Shown piece by piece: positions 36,601 through 50,700 of a DNA stretch of 64,000 nucleotides. The DNA comes from Ascidiella aspersa (lineage: Eukaryota): assembly GCA_963924565.1 (NCBI GenBank), contig OZ004607.1, positions 24,738,001 to 24,802,000 of the forward strand, in the 5' to 3' direction. Under the pieces are notes generated by a model, which was not told the DNA's origin, did no database searches, and was given only the letters and a program-made list of their open reading frames with translations. Position numbers and translations under genes: made by a program. Within the stretch, counting starts at the first letter, position 1. Every line of letters starts with the position of its first letter.

Positions 36601-38776
36601 TAGTCTATCAAGGAGAATCCTAATCCTGCAACATTAAATAAAATAAAGGTTAATATGTTTAAACTCATTATGTTGATCACGTTAAACATAATTCTGGCTA
36701 TTTCTCGTCGTTTTATTTGTCTGGCCGTTACCATTAAAATATTTATTGTTACCGCTTCCTGAGATTTGTCGCCTATCATGAGAGTAATCTTCATGCAAAT
36801 CGGGAATAAATGTTACTTAAAATGCACAAAATTTAGTTATTTGTCTGTATTACACTTTAGTTTTAAAGTTTAAAAAATAATTTAGAATTTATATATTTAG
36901 GTTAAAAATGAAATAATTATGTCAATTATATCCCTTGTAAAGCTGAAAGAAACAACAAAGTATCTAAATAAGTATAACTCGGTAAAAAACTTCTAGCTTC
37001 TAAAGTTTAGTATTTAAACTGTTTTATATGAGTCGTTCGCCAGTAATACACTTCTACACAACTGCTTATCAAACATCAGACTTTCGCCATAAAAATTTGC
37101 ATAGAACTAAATGCCTGCAAGACCAAATCTTTACGCGTCAAACTCCCATACCAACTAGCGACTTCTACATGTGCCTCGCATTGTCACCGACAATTAAAGT
37201 CCTTGTATCCTGTCCACTACTTTACCTGCTGCTGGTAGGACGTGGTTGTCTGTCCGCAGCAGAGGCATTACCTAATACACTTTCGAGAAAATGATCACGT
37301 TTCAATTCTTTCCTGTTCCGTATAGCTGCGACTCGGTGGTGTTCCTATCGGCGAAAATTGTTGGGATAATAAGCAGGTCGCCTGGCAGCCGCCCAGTACA
37401 TTAGATTGATTAAATGCGAACACTTCATCACAATGTCGTTAATTAGGTGTCCGGGAGAGCGTTTAGATGGAACAGAAGGAGGTCTCGCTATCGGAAATGT
37501 CTTTTGAGGCTACGTGACGGGGTGTGTAAGGCACAAGCATTCCTGCCGTAGCAACCCCCACCTTAAATTGGCTTTTGACGAAATATTTAGCACTCCTTTA
37601 CTATATATAAATCGTTATGGGCAGTTGGGGCCATTAATTCATTGTATCCGCATTCCGTTTGCTATGCGACTTAAATGCACAGTAGAATTCCGCTCAACCT
37701 CAATTTACCTGTACTCGAAAATACTAAAACGTTAAATATATCGATACACTGCAGGGACAATAAATTCGTACTGATTGTGCGCAGTAGAAAAGACTGCTAT
37801 TTCTAATAAATTTCACAAACATTTTACGCCAGAAATATAAAGAAAATTGTATTAACTGCCTACATATATAATATTGATTTTCCTTTAATAAACAATATCG
37901 CTAAGATTCATATTCCTTTTCATGCAAAAATAAGTAGAATTTACCGGATTGGAATGCCTTCTGTTCCAAACAAAACAAGGCTGGCCAAACTCCTTGAATC
38001 TTCTGCAGTTGCTGCACGCGGTTGAAAATTACTTTTTATTTCGAATAGTTTGGAGCATTCTAAAAAGAGAGATCCATGAAAAGCAGATTGCAATTTTTGA
38101 AACAGTATGTTATAATGAATCAATTATTTTTTTCTGTATAAACAGTTGTAAGTAGGGTTTGTAAAGTATTAGCTATAATGAAAGGGATTGTGATAAAACT
38201 GGCTCAGTCACCTAAAAACGATAGATACTTTTCTATAAATTGCGAGTTTACAAAATGGCTCGGTATGGGGTGGTTGGGTACGGGACATCACCTGAATGTT
38301 GCAAGTCACCGCGTTTCAGGAAACCGTATAATGAGAAGAAGTGATAAATACATTGGCGAATCTAAGATCGGTATATAAAAAATGTAGTTGTTTTACCGTG
38401 CTTGGCACCACTTAAGTTTGTATTAGACCTTAAGAGCACTGCATGTGCATCAATGCATTACCGGAAAAAATTGGCACAACGTTTATGCATAATATTAAAC
38501 TTTGACAAGTGTACAAAAGTTTACGCCATATCTATAAATGCTTAAATTTATTTCAATTGTGGGTAAAAACCACAAACTTACTTACAGTTGATAATGTTTT
38601 ATATTAAGAAAATATATACTATGTTCAACCAATTTCTTACTATGAAAGATCCAGCAGTGGTTACAGGCAGCGCACTCGCGTGGTCGTTTGTCTACAGCTC
38701 GAAACTCAACGCAGTCACAAAGGTCAACGTTGCAATGGATTTTTAGTTTCTTCTCTTTGTTGGCAGATCCTTCAGC
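30683..38776 (-). CDS. BNC2: Basonuclin (BNC1/BNC2; disconnected family) C2H2 zinc-finger protein, >=7 coding exons, >1255 aa; start exon not located
   Basis: Exons 38776-38641 ([26 protein letters not shown]), 38059-37945 ([16 protein letters not shown]), 36625-36511 ([23 protein letters not shown]), 36295-36173 ([15 protein letters not shown]), 35678-34252 (NLS-like RKNKRKP; [12 protein letters not shown]), 33785-33660 ([42 protein letters not shown]), 32408-30683 ([54 protein letters not shown]). All phases are compatible and the motifs match vertebrate basonuclin as recalled. Confidence 0.95.
32838..32876 (-). mobile_element. Terminus of the same hAT MITE family as 5813-6130, in BNC last intron
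   Basis: cccccaagtggtccatggaacccagtttaagaacccctg is a near-identical reverse complement of 5813-5851. Confidence 0.8.
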
Positions 38777-41700
38777 CTATCCGGACATAAACAATGGGAT
38801 CATTGAGGTTTACTCCAGGAGAATTGAGTTTTATAATTGGCTTTGTAGTATTAAGGGATTAGAATTAAGGTCAATTCACTTATTAAGCATTTTTTTCGCG
38901 AGAAAGACGCAGGTGACACGTATATTAACGCGGAGGAAAAGATGAAACGACTTGACGACTCAAGGGTCAGCTTTCAAGTCGCTTACCCATACAAAGTCAC
39001 CCGAGTGAGACCTGGAAGTCAATTCGCCTTGCGTCCAGGCAGCTTTAGGCGGGGTCGCCGAGCAGGGTTACCGGAGCCAGCGCTGTTTAGGATGACAACA
39101 AGTCGCCCGGCCCGCATCCAGTTGCGCGCCCGACAGATCACAAAGGCGGGCGGCGCGTGCACGGCCAAGCGAAACTAACGACGCAAACCCGTTGACGATT
39201 ACTGGCTCGATAAGGCCGCACAAAACTTCTTGCTGGGGCCAAATCAAAGCGACTGAACTTGGCAACTGCGAGCTTCACTGCGCGGTCGCGTAAGTCAGTC
39301 AATCGGCACCCCTTGCTTTTAAGACGCCCCTGCTCGTGAAATTGGGGCGACGAGGCGAAAAGTGTGATAGCGTTAGCGGCGGCGCTCTTCGGAGGTTTGC
39401 CAGCAGTTTTTTTTTTGCTGACAAAATGCTTGCGAATCGAACCGCAGCCCTCGTCAACAGACACGTCTTGTCGTCGTGCCCGCTCAAGCGTCCACAAACG
39501 TGATCGAGTATGTGCATTACTTGGCTCAGTTGTTGTCGCTTGCGCAAACGCGGTTTATGACCGCTCTAAACTTGTCGTCTTGTTTTTTTAAAACCATGGC
39601 GCTTCTCAATTATTAAACAAATCCGTATGTTAACACGTTCAGGCGTTATAACGCAATAAAAAGCTAATCTTCACTGTATAAACATTGAATGTATAGATTT
39701 TATAGATGATTCATGGGTATTGTTTCTATTTCGATTTTTTTTTTTTTTAGTTATTTTTTAGTGTTTGTTTGAAGTTATGTAAATGGCGGAGAAGGCTCCG
39801 AGAAAGCTTCATCGTTCACAGAAAAAGTATTGATTGGCTGTTAATGACAAACAATTTCGATTTTTGAAATTAAACATGCAATCAATAAACATACAAATTA
39901 ATATAAAAATACTACCTTGCCATATTTAATTTCCCATTATTTATGTATGTATAATATTCAAGTTTTACGGGCGTTAATTATTAAGCAATTTTGTTTGTCT
40001 TACAAAAATAATTAAGGCTTCCAAATATCCAAAAACAAACTTCCAAATTAAATTTTCCTTTACCACAACTTAGAGACACCGAAGAGTCCAGGTTCATTGT
40101 GACTTGGAAACTTTGCGAGCACGTTTAGCCACAGGCGCGGCACTACATGCCGTTAGGGAGTACCAATAAAGCTGTGTGCGACATCTTAACCGAAATCCTG
40201 TCACGTACTAAAGTTGGACAGCAGGGAGGTTGCTGGCTCGCAAACTGTCAAAATTATCTGCCTAACATAACAACGCGTAGAATGGGTCGGTGTACGGCAA
40301 GATAAGACTAGCGCGTTTCTGCAAATGTTATAGTCGTCGTGTCGCAGCATAGGAGGACATTTGTCGTCAAAGTCGAAACTCTCTCACGACCTTGCTGATT
40401 TTGGCAAGGGTGTCGCCTTGAAAGCAATGGATGCCTCCACCTACTTCCGAAAAAATCCAATTAGCTACCAGGTCAACGGACCAAATTAAATACCTTCGAG
40501 ATGATTTTGTTTGAAATAACACAGAAAAATGCTAAGATTATTATTTACTATAAGAAACATGTAAATTGACTGCATAGATAAGGTGTTGAAATTTTTTTTA
40601 GTTAATTAAAAACAGACAATCCCTTTTCGTGACAAAACTCATAATGGCTTTGCATATCAATTTCTTATATAATGATTAGTTTATGGCATAAACTAAATTA
40701 AAAAAAGCGATAAAATTTTGGGTATTTAAACTACCAACAGAAAGTCACCTTGTGCCTTTGAACCAGTCATATTCGGGATAGGCTTTTAAATAAAATGAAA
40801 CAAAATATTGCAGGGATCGTCGCAAGGAACACGCCAAATTAATGAAAAGTGACAGGATAGTGGGGCGTGGGGAGACGGTTACCCGAAAGCGATTTCCAAG
40901 TAAGCGGGACTCTTTGATCATTACCGCCCTTGACATGGCGAAAGTGCTGGTAGCAAATCCAGTGGCCTGAGACATCAGACTAATCACTATAAAGGCTGGC
41001 AGCGTTAGGTGCAGTGACTGTTGGGGCCAAGTTCGCCCGGAACGAAGAACGTGGGCGCCCGGTTGAGCGTCGGAGACTTAAACACAGTTGCTCCCCTGTC
41101 AAGACGCACCGTGACCTCACCGGGTAAAAGCCTAAAACAAACGGAGGAGGCGGCTCGGGCCGGGGATCCTCGGGCAATTTTCCGCATTCCTGGACAGAGC
41201 TCGTCGCAACTTAAGAGGCTTATCTTCAGTGGAAAGTGAAGTGTAAATTCTGACTTGGGTGGCTGCCAGCCGCCCGTAACGCAGTCGGGGGCGGACGCTG
41301 GTGTTTGTCGACAACAGACTAATATTGTTCGTGCTGAAATACCAAAATCGCCTGATTTTCGTCCGGTTATTTTTCTTTCACATTCCTAGAGCAACACTTA
41401 CTGATGCGTGTTTATGTTTCTCTTGATAATCTCGTGCATGCTTGTTTCGCACACAGCAGGGACATCAATCATGCGAAGAAACGCGGCCAAAATGAAATCG
41501 TCAGTAAAATGTTTCCATTTACCACAAATGAAAAAGTATGTCGACTGTTCAGTAGGCTTACAACGGCTTACGCAGGACTCTTGCATTATATCAAGCACAA
41601 TCTGCTATTTAAAACAACCTTTTAAGCGTTCAGATTGAAATCAAAGAGGAATAAACGAAGAAGTCAGTGTATGGTGAGAGCAATGTTGGCATTGCTGTAC

Positions 41701-44700
41701 ATTGCGTCATGTGGGCTTAGAGGAAAATCACGGATAATTACAAAGTTTGTTGATATGATGTGGTACCTAAATTGAACAGAGGTGCCTTGATGCGCCTTTG
41801 AATGTTTATACCCCGGAGCCAGACCGCTGTGGTTCGACTCTCTTTTGGGGCACCACGTTCCTGGAAACCGAACGTAATCCGCTAATCATCATTAGAACCT
41901 TTTAGCATTGACCGAGAAGCAACGAATCGTTTAAGCCTGTTAATCTATTTTTTATTTAAAATACACCAGTGTGATTCGAAAAGTGTCGACTTTTAACGCG
42001 ACTGGGGGAAATTGGTTCTACATAAGCTTTTTCAATAATAGATGCACAGTTACGAAGAATATAGTACCATCTAAATGGCGCTGTAATTCACCCGACACGA
42101 AATATCAATAACCACTCTTGCAGCAAGCCAAAGACATGGTTTGTTAAGTATTTACACTCACCGAGTGTTTAGACTGAAACCAAAACTCTTATCCCACACA
42201 AGAACTTTTGATATGAACAATGATAGCATGGGATCTAACAAGAATCCAGAATCCAACCCTCTTTCGTGCATCAACATTTAAAAGCTCGAATAACAGACAA
42301 AGGCGACACATGATCATCGAGAATTGTATATTACAACCACGATTATCGTTCAATCACTTCCACCTCGAGTAGGAGCCCATTATCCAGAGTACTCCACACT
42401 CCTCTGGTGGCGGTTTGTATATGCTAAAGGAACGCACAACGAGAGTGACAGTAATGGCAAAATTTAAGGGATTACGGCTGCTAAAAGCGACGAAAATCGT
42501 TGGTCGCGCGTTGACACCGGCGCAAAATAAACCTGACAACAAATTTGCAAGGTTGGATGTTCAGGTGCTCGGAGCGCGCGATTAGAAACGAGATTAGGCC
42601 AGATTGCCGCTCAACGCTCTTGTGTCAAATCGCTACAAGCCTGGACGATATGCGACGACGTTGATTTGCGTGTAAACAGAGCGAAAATCTGTACATGACT
42701 TATGTTTCGCCTCTCGGGCCTGCTCGGTTTATTCTCGGCGCCCGAGACAGCCCGCCATACAATAAACAGATAACGCCCTAATGCTCCTTCGAAACGCTCC
42801 TCTTTGAACTTTGCACCACGAAACTTTCCTAAAGAGCATTTCTTTTATTTATTGCTCTTGTGCTTTTCTAGTGCTCCTGTGAAGCATCCCTCGACGTGGC
42901 GACGTAAGTGCGCTTAAATAGTTGCCATCTTTTTAAAGGCCTTATTCAGTAAACACCATGAAACTCTAGACCTAACCCGACGGACCGAGTTTACCTACTA
43001 GAGGACAACCAAAGTATGTTTTGTCGCTATAGATTAACTTTAAAAATGTATCATTTTACCATCCTATCCAAAACGAAAAGACAAAACAAGAGAGATGTAC
43101 CAATTATTACAGTAGTTATTTAATTATGTTTGGAAACAGCCAGTTTTCATTATTGATCGATAGAATACTCTGTAGGCCAGGATACATTAACCTACCTTTT
43201 TATTAAAATAAAAGTATTACATAATAGACTATTAATTTACATTTACATTTTCTGGCAACTTTGATATTAAGGTCAAGTAAATGATAATTTCCAGAACGTA
43301 AATTACTTTCTCGAACTGTTGCATAATTTTACAAATCTGTAATTTCCTGTCAATAGGCGGCCACCCTTTAAACTTTTAAGGACATCTAAACAATGTGCTA
43401 AAGTGTAGAACACATGCAAAATATTTACCATGAATCATTGGACACATCGGACGTCATGAATGGTTTGCACTTAATCTTTTACACGAAGCCTTCCAAAGTG
43501 ACTTTTTGCTATTGGCTTATACTCTGAAAAACAATGGTACGCGAATGTTGAAATAGTTATTAAAGTTCTTTATCTACATTTTTCTGTGTAGGCCTACACT
43601 ACAGGTAGCTTAATATTTAGGCAGATTTCTTCACAGAATGAATTGTAAGAAAGTCATTTCAATTTTCAACTAATACTGGAGAAGGCTGCGACATTGCGAT
43701 GTTACCACTGGAAGGATGGATATAGTGTCAAGTGTGTGGTGTATAAATAACGGAATATGTTTGTGTGGACACAAATGACCTAATTCTTTTTGTGATAAAT
43801 ATTGCTATTTGGTTTGCAGCCGACCCACAATTTTTGGTTTTAAATAAAAAATCTATTATTTCATTATTTTTCTATGATTTAATGGTCACGCACAAGTTTA
43901 TGTGACTAAATTACCCTGTCTCATTCGAGAGTTTGTAAAAGTGAATTCTCGGTGTGCAACAGCGTCAGCTTGTGGTCAAACGTTATGTATGGAGCGATTT
44001 TCCGCGCGTGACAGGAAAACGCCATTATTACGCAAGTTTATCAAACATAGGTGACAATTTTATGCAGGCCGGATCCAATCGGACTTGAAAATGATTACAG
44101 GTGATCGCAATTGAGCCAAATCGTTCTTGGGACGGGATTGCGCCCATCGGCACGTAATCCTTTGGTTAAATAAAGAATATCGAGCGCGAATTACATAGTG
44201 ATGATCCAAAGCAGGTGCAAGCCTGATTGGACCAAAATATCGAGAAATATAATTAACGCAGTTCGATAATGAAATTGGAGGTAAGATTTTTGATATAATC
44301 CATTTGGTTTATTTAGGCTTGTGGCGTAAAATTTAATATTTTAGGAATCACCGTCACCAATCGTCACCAATCATTGCAAGTACAAAAGACAGCTGCTAAA
44401 GCTTTTACGAAAACCTCCTTTTTAAGAAAAAGTTATTTAAAGTGAATACAGAATATTTAATAATGACAATTTTTCTACTATAGATTCTTTACTTTTAAAT
44501 TTATCCAAGTACAAGATGTATCTCTGATGATGGGCAAGTCTGGTCCACTTAATAGATGCTTTGGTTATTTTTTTAATAACCTTTTCCTAAAAGAGTATAA
44601 ACTATATAAATAATACAAAATTATGTCAAAAACAATTTTAATGAGAACGTTAAATAATCCATTCTCAACAGTATAGTAAAGATGTAATTTTAAAAGGTTG

Positions 44701-47700
44701 TTGACAAAGTCCCCCAGTCACACGAAGCTCTTTCTTATCCAACGATCTTCACTTTTTTTTGGTTTTTAAAAGTACCAACGAAAAATGCGTGTTTTAATCT
44801 ATAGATCGGGATAACGTACTGTGCGAAGTTCTCCTGAACGAGCAATGTTACCGATACATCGGTCAACGTTGATTCGCCATTTTTTTTAAAACGCAGCGGC
44901 CATTTTGAGAAGTCGTGATCAGCTCGGACGAGCCAATGATTCAGTTATAGGAAAATCTCATCTTGGCCTCTTCAACGGACCAATGTACGGCTTGTGCCGG
45001 AGCAAATGTCAAGGGCCGCCAATCGGTTTGTTGTCTGTATTACTGGTTGCGCGCAACTTTCTGAGAGCAAAATCTAGTTTAATTGCAGGAGACTGTTGCA
45101 AAGGCGGCGATGGCCGACTCGGCAATGTAACAGTTTCGCGACGGATTGACGGGTCTAGCCGCTTATTTTAATTAAAATGTGGAACTTTCCAGAAACGTGT
45201 TTCACTAATTGAAAAGCTTAAAGAACTTATTCAGTTTAATCGTGAGGAAATAGTGTATACAAATCCTCGACTGTGTTTAGTACCTAAAGGTGGCGTGACT
45301 TAACAAAAACGATAAACGTTTTCCTTAAACGTTGACAGCTTGTTTACTTAATTTTCATGAGGTGATATAAAAGTATTTGCATAAATGCGCGCACACCTTA
45401 ATTGGAAATAAACTGTTTTATTTCCGAAAGTTGGTCATCAAAAAACTATTTTTGCCCTAAAAGACGAACATGTCATTTTAAAGCTTTCGATGGTGGATCA
45501 CTTTTTCGTTATTCTGTTTAATAATAAGTTAACCACTTGGTAGAGATCTTCGTCGTAATGTGACACGCTTACCACAAACCACATTCTGTGAGGTCGAGAC
45601 ATAGCATTGACGGGCGATTTAAAAGGCAGCAAGTTATAGGCCTCGTCGTCGCAAAAATTGTCGCGAACGCGGTGCTGTAATTGTCGTCCTTCCCATCTGG
45701 TGTGTAATTTGTGTCCGGACCATGGCTTGACACGCCCCGCCTTACTTCAGCCTCATCGCCGAGTGGGTTAAAAATAGCCGCGTTGAACAAAGTGCAGTTT
45801 ACCTCTGCTCACGATTTGCGGTCGCCGTCGCGAATCAAATTGCCGCGCGGCGTACTTGGCGCTTTCACGCGGCCGCAATTCCGATATTATATACGCGAAC
45901 GTTTAATTGCTGTCCGCGTGCCGAGAGATAATCGTCCGCGGCTTCTCGGTATCGAATGGACGCGACGATATATGGCCTCGTCCGTTTGTCACTATAAGCG
46001 GGTAAGAGCAGCGTCTTGGCGCGGAAATGTCACGAAGCCACATCTGTGACAGGCTTCACTCGACTCGGAGTCAGCCTTGCCGACAATTTCGCTATGAATC
46101 ATATATGAACTTATATAAACTGCAAATTAGACCGTCAAAATGAGTGCCCAAATATGTTTGCTAAAGAATTTTAATCGGATTAAAAGTGTATAACAAGCTT
46201 GCGTTAGACGAAATTGGCAAAATTATCAAACATATTTCACGAAGATACTTCTTCCCTTGTAGAAAGACTTGTCCCGCGAGCCGGATTTCATTAATCGACG
46301 TACGCCAGATTGATTCATTGGAAAAATTCATGAGGTTCTTCACTGAAAGTGGCATAGACACGATAACGGTCTGTTTACGCTCAACCATCACCGTAACGAA
46401 AAACCAAATCCGCCCAATGGCTAAAAGAATTCCCCGTTAAAACCCAGCTCACTGCGACTGCATAAACAAAGAAAGGGACGTTGGCGACGACCCGCGAAAA
46501 TACCAGGGCGACAATGCCCTCCTTGTCCCGGCTATCCTTCCTTAATTGGACAAATGCGTCTTCACTTTCGAAAGGCGTTTTTTCCGGGTCTCTGATCATA
46601 GGTCAACGGCTCGTTTATCAGCCGGGGTCCGCCCCCGTGGAATTCGTTTATTCACGATCACGACGCTCGAATTCGTGTCGCGCGAGCACTGGTCTGCAAA
46701 TAGTAGGCCCAGCGCGTGTCACACTCGGGTGACTTTGAAGGATTACGCGACTCCGTGGCCCGATTGTTCGCCTTTGAAGCAGATGCCGCTCGACGAAATC
46801 CTGCCCCTCCTGGGGCCCCAACAAAAATTATTACCAAAGCACGGGGTCGCGGGGGTTGCGATTATTTGACATCACTCGCTCCGAGCCAAGTAAACATTGG
46901 GACTAAGACAATATCGCATTTCAAGGTCACGCCAAGGACAATTGTAAATTTGAGCTGCGGCTGCCCCCAAATGGGGGCTTGTGGTGAAGGCCAGACGAGC
47001 TATCGTTGACGTGGGTAAGGCGCCAGGCTACTGACGACGCGACTGGGCAAGCGAAAGCCGACCCAAAGTCGTCTGTCGCGTCAACCTTTGCGCGAGGGTT
47101 TCGGCGTTCGGAAGCAACCCGTGACCGTGAAGCCACCACAAAAGAGCCCGGCGGGGATCATTTAACTTATTAAAATTCCGCCAGCGCTGATCCATCCAAT
47201 CCCGAGCTCTGTCACCGTCACGAGTGCGCGGACGCGAAGCCGACGTGACCGCATAATTATATTGTCTGCCCAGCAGGACCCCGCGAAACAAGGGGATGGC
47301 CTTGCTGCGCACGATCTTCGGGGCAATTAAGATTCTCTTATCGCCCCGATCTGGACAGAGCTTCTTGCGCTAGCGAAAAGCAAGATTGACAACCCACGAT
47401 TGGCTTTGTTGCTGTTATTGCAGGGATGCTTACGCCCGCTGTTTGTTCCGCTATCGGCGGGCAGCTAAGGCTCAAACGCGCGCCGCAGCATTAGCGAGGT
47501 AATGCGATGGGTGCTTGTGGGGTTGAGGCGCGTGCCCAAGCAGAAATTAGGACGGATAATAAACGACGACTGCCTGTCGACGCGGAACGCTGTCGAAGCC
47601 GGGCTCTGTTCGTGGTAAGCTGGATGCTTATTACTCTGGTACTGAGCAAAGGCCGGCTACCCCGCATCTCAATTTGTGCATTTCGGCGCGCTCCCGAATC

Positions 47701-50700
47701 AGGGGGAAAGCGAATTAAGCACAATGCCCAAGCACCGACAGTCTCCCGTAATTGATACTAATTGAAGTGTGGCGCAGCGCGGCGCAAGCGAGACCAACGC
47801 GTAAAATGATGAATTACAGATTAGCGAACTGTTGAAGCCATTGCGGTATCGTTGGTGTACAAATTTAAAACTTGAACTGATTTAAAAAAAATAGTCGGTG
47901 GCTCGTCCTTTATAGCAGCCAATGATGAGGGTATATCTAATCTGTTATGCGCTTCAGTTTACTGCTTGGACATAGTTATAGCCGAATGTGCAGCAACGAT
48001 GTGACGTCGGGGTGTATGTTTGCTGCAAATACACAAACCTAAAGTTAAAACCACTCTTTCACGTGTGATCCGCGCGTGAAAGGGCGACCGCCACATCCGC
48101 CCGAAAGCGTAAGATTATCGTTGTTTTTCCGACTCAGCATGTGACCCGCGTTGAGAGCGCTTGAACCTTGCGACAAGCATTGCCCCTTTTGCGCCAAATC
48201 GTGATTTTTTTGGCCACAAGAGGCGGACGAGACAGCACACGCTGTGTTACCGTATCGCATATGTAAAGAAAATCTTATTTGACACTACAGGGATTTTTTG
48301 AAGTTTTGTGACTAGGCGGTAGCCAACTTAAACTGGCTTAATATGTTTTACCTTAATTGCGGGCACATATTTCTTTGCCTAACAACTAAAAACAAAATAT
48401 ATTTCAGTAAATGTGAATTCTGTCTGAAAATTCAGCGTATCAACACAACAACGCTACATTGCTATAGCAGAATATTTTAACGATTGGTTCCTTTAGTGAC
48501 GGGCCTGTCAAACTTTTTTATGCTACGTACTCTTTCGATTGTTGGTATAGTGTACCCTCTAAAATAACAACAAGTGCCGAATGGTGGAAAATTTTAAAAT
48601 TTTAAATTGTGAGCTTTTCACATGTGCATTCCAGTAACAGTGACTTGTTTATGTCTTGTAGCAACTCAAAAAGCTGTGCAGAATGATTGCTTTAAACACA
48701 ACACAGTAAGCTTAAACGTTTATGACGTTCGTTATTATGTTCGCACCGATTTTCCAAAAACCTGTTGAGCAAAACGTATCAGAACAAGTAAAATTAACAG
48801 GTCAGCGTAACCCCTTAATTTCCTTTGCGTACCCCGTTTAAGAATCCTTACCTTAGACTAGAGTAACGCGTTGACATTAGGATAAATAATTTTCTCTCTT
48901 TGAAAATAATTTAAAAGTCTCAGCGTGTAATACATATAAGAACATAAGTATCAGAGACGATTAGAAACCGTGCGCAGTGACCAAATCGGATTAGATGTCA
49001 AGATTTTGTAGCACTTGTACTGTTTGTTATGTGTCTGAAACGATATAGCAACGATTTTGCAAGGGCCCTCACATAACAGCAACAGGCAACTTGACAAATA
49101 AAAAATGGAATTAAAACAGGCATATATTTATGGGAATATATGCTTGCGAGATTCCATTACTGTTTTTTTGTAGTTTAATTTCTCGACGAAAAGTCACGCA
49201 AAGCAAGTTGTGGTCGAAGTAACGAAAATGAGCCAACATATTTCAATCGGATTAAAGATATATCGCATCTTACCAAATGCAGAGGAAAACGAGCGTTTTG
49301 TGTTTAATGTTCGTGTGAGCGTGACAAGATGTCATCGGAGGCGCGGGGCGGATCGCGACGTTCGAGGTCATTTATCACGCTATTCGCGGGCTCAAGGTCA
49401 TGTTGTCACCGACGACACTTAAATAATCTGCAAAAGTTTAACCTTTCGCTGCGACGGCTCGGAGGAGCTACAAACAAGACAACCACAATTCGCCTTTCCG
49501 AGTAGCGGGAGGAGCATTTTGCGTCCGATTTTACAATGATATGTCAACAGGGAGATTGTGCGTTACTTTGTCGCGTCTGCGATCCAATATAATGCACGAA
49601 CCATGCAGTATTAGCGAAGTGCGGCTTCCTGACAAATCACCGGGTACATTTCTTGTAAATGTAATTATCCAACCTATAGCTTTTAATTTATCAGCAAACT
49701 ATTCGTAAATTAAACAAAATAAATTAGCGAAGGTATACCAAATTAAAATTGTTTGTTTACTAATATACATCGTTTTGAATAAATTTAAAATTAAGATAAA
49801 ACAAACAACAAACATAGATATTGAATACGAGTAAAAATCAAACTTGATTGCTTTTCGAAATTAGTTTCGCTTTCAAATTTAGCAATGACTCTGAAGGTCC
49901 TTCCCACCAATGGTAATTAGAGACATTGTAACTGCAGTGCAACAACGAGTGGCCGTCATTCCGGCAGTCATTCCTCTTGAAATGTCCGAGGCCGAGCTCT
50001 GCAGGTGGCAAGAGGCGTTCCTTGGCAGTTCCACCGCAAGGCTTGCAGTGTGCTGGCAGTTCCGGGAACGGCGCGCGCGATGCCAATCGTTCGGCGTTAA
50101 ACAAGAATATAGTTTGATGAGCTGCGACTTGGAATCTCGCTCGTCATCTCCAGACCGCGGTCGAGCTCGTGCGATAAAGGCCTTGATTGTATCACGTACC
50201 TTGGCGTCCTGCGCTTTTCCTTCGCCAAGCTATCAATCAAGACTCTGTACGACCAACTGCTCTTTGACACAAGAAAATGCCGATCCAGATTCGAAGAGAC
50301 AGGGCACGAATTTGGTGCAGATTAGACACGCACCGCTAGATAGGATTGTCGCAATAACACTGCATTAGCGAGGATACAGAAAACTATTTGTCCTTCTTTC
50401 TCGCCTTACGAAGGCGGACTGGCCAATAACGACAAATGTCGCGAAAGCAGATTCTAGGAGGAAACTCTTGTTTAAGGGAAAAACATCACATTACCTGGTG
50501 AACCATGAAATGCATTTACACTGGGGATTCACGTCAATACAATGGGGTAAAACCGATATGCCGACACTGTGCTTTTGTCGGCGGCAAACATATGTGCGTG
50601 GTACGTGTTTCAATGCCGGGAGCAATCGAGCCACAACCGTCAAAATCCCGACACTTTCGTCACGAAGCGAACAACTGCATTTTTTCGCGCTATACTTTGC

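Noticed and set aside
37226-37271. Apparent small BNC exon with ATG ([14 protein letters not shown])
   Set aside because: The conserved domain is already continuous across the 37945/36625 junction. This segment would interrupt it and its ATG frame is phase-incompatible.
44524-44550. ctgatga followed by a short stem
   Set aside because: No GAAA box or helix III.
47026-47059. GGCUA-CUGACGA-CGC...GC-GAAA-GCC hammerhead-like string
   Set aside because: No helix I can form (the NUH abuts CUGA directly) and helix II is only 2-3 bp, so it is likely chance in a GC-rich island.
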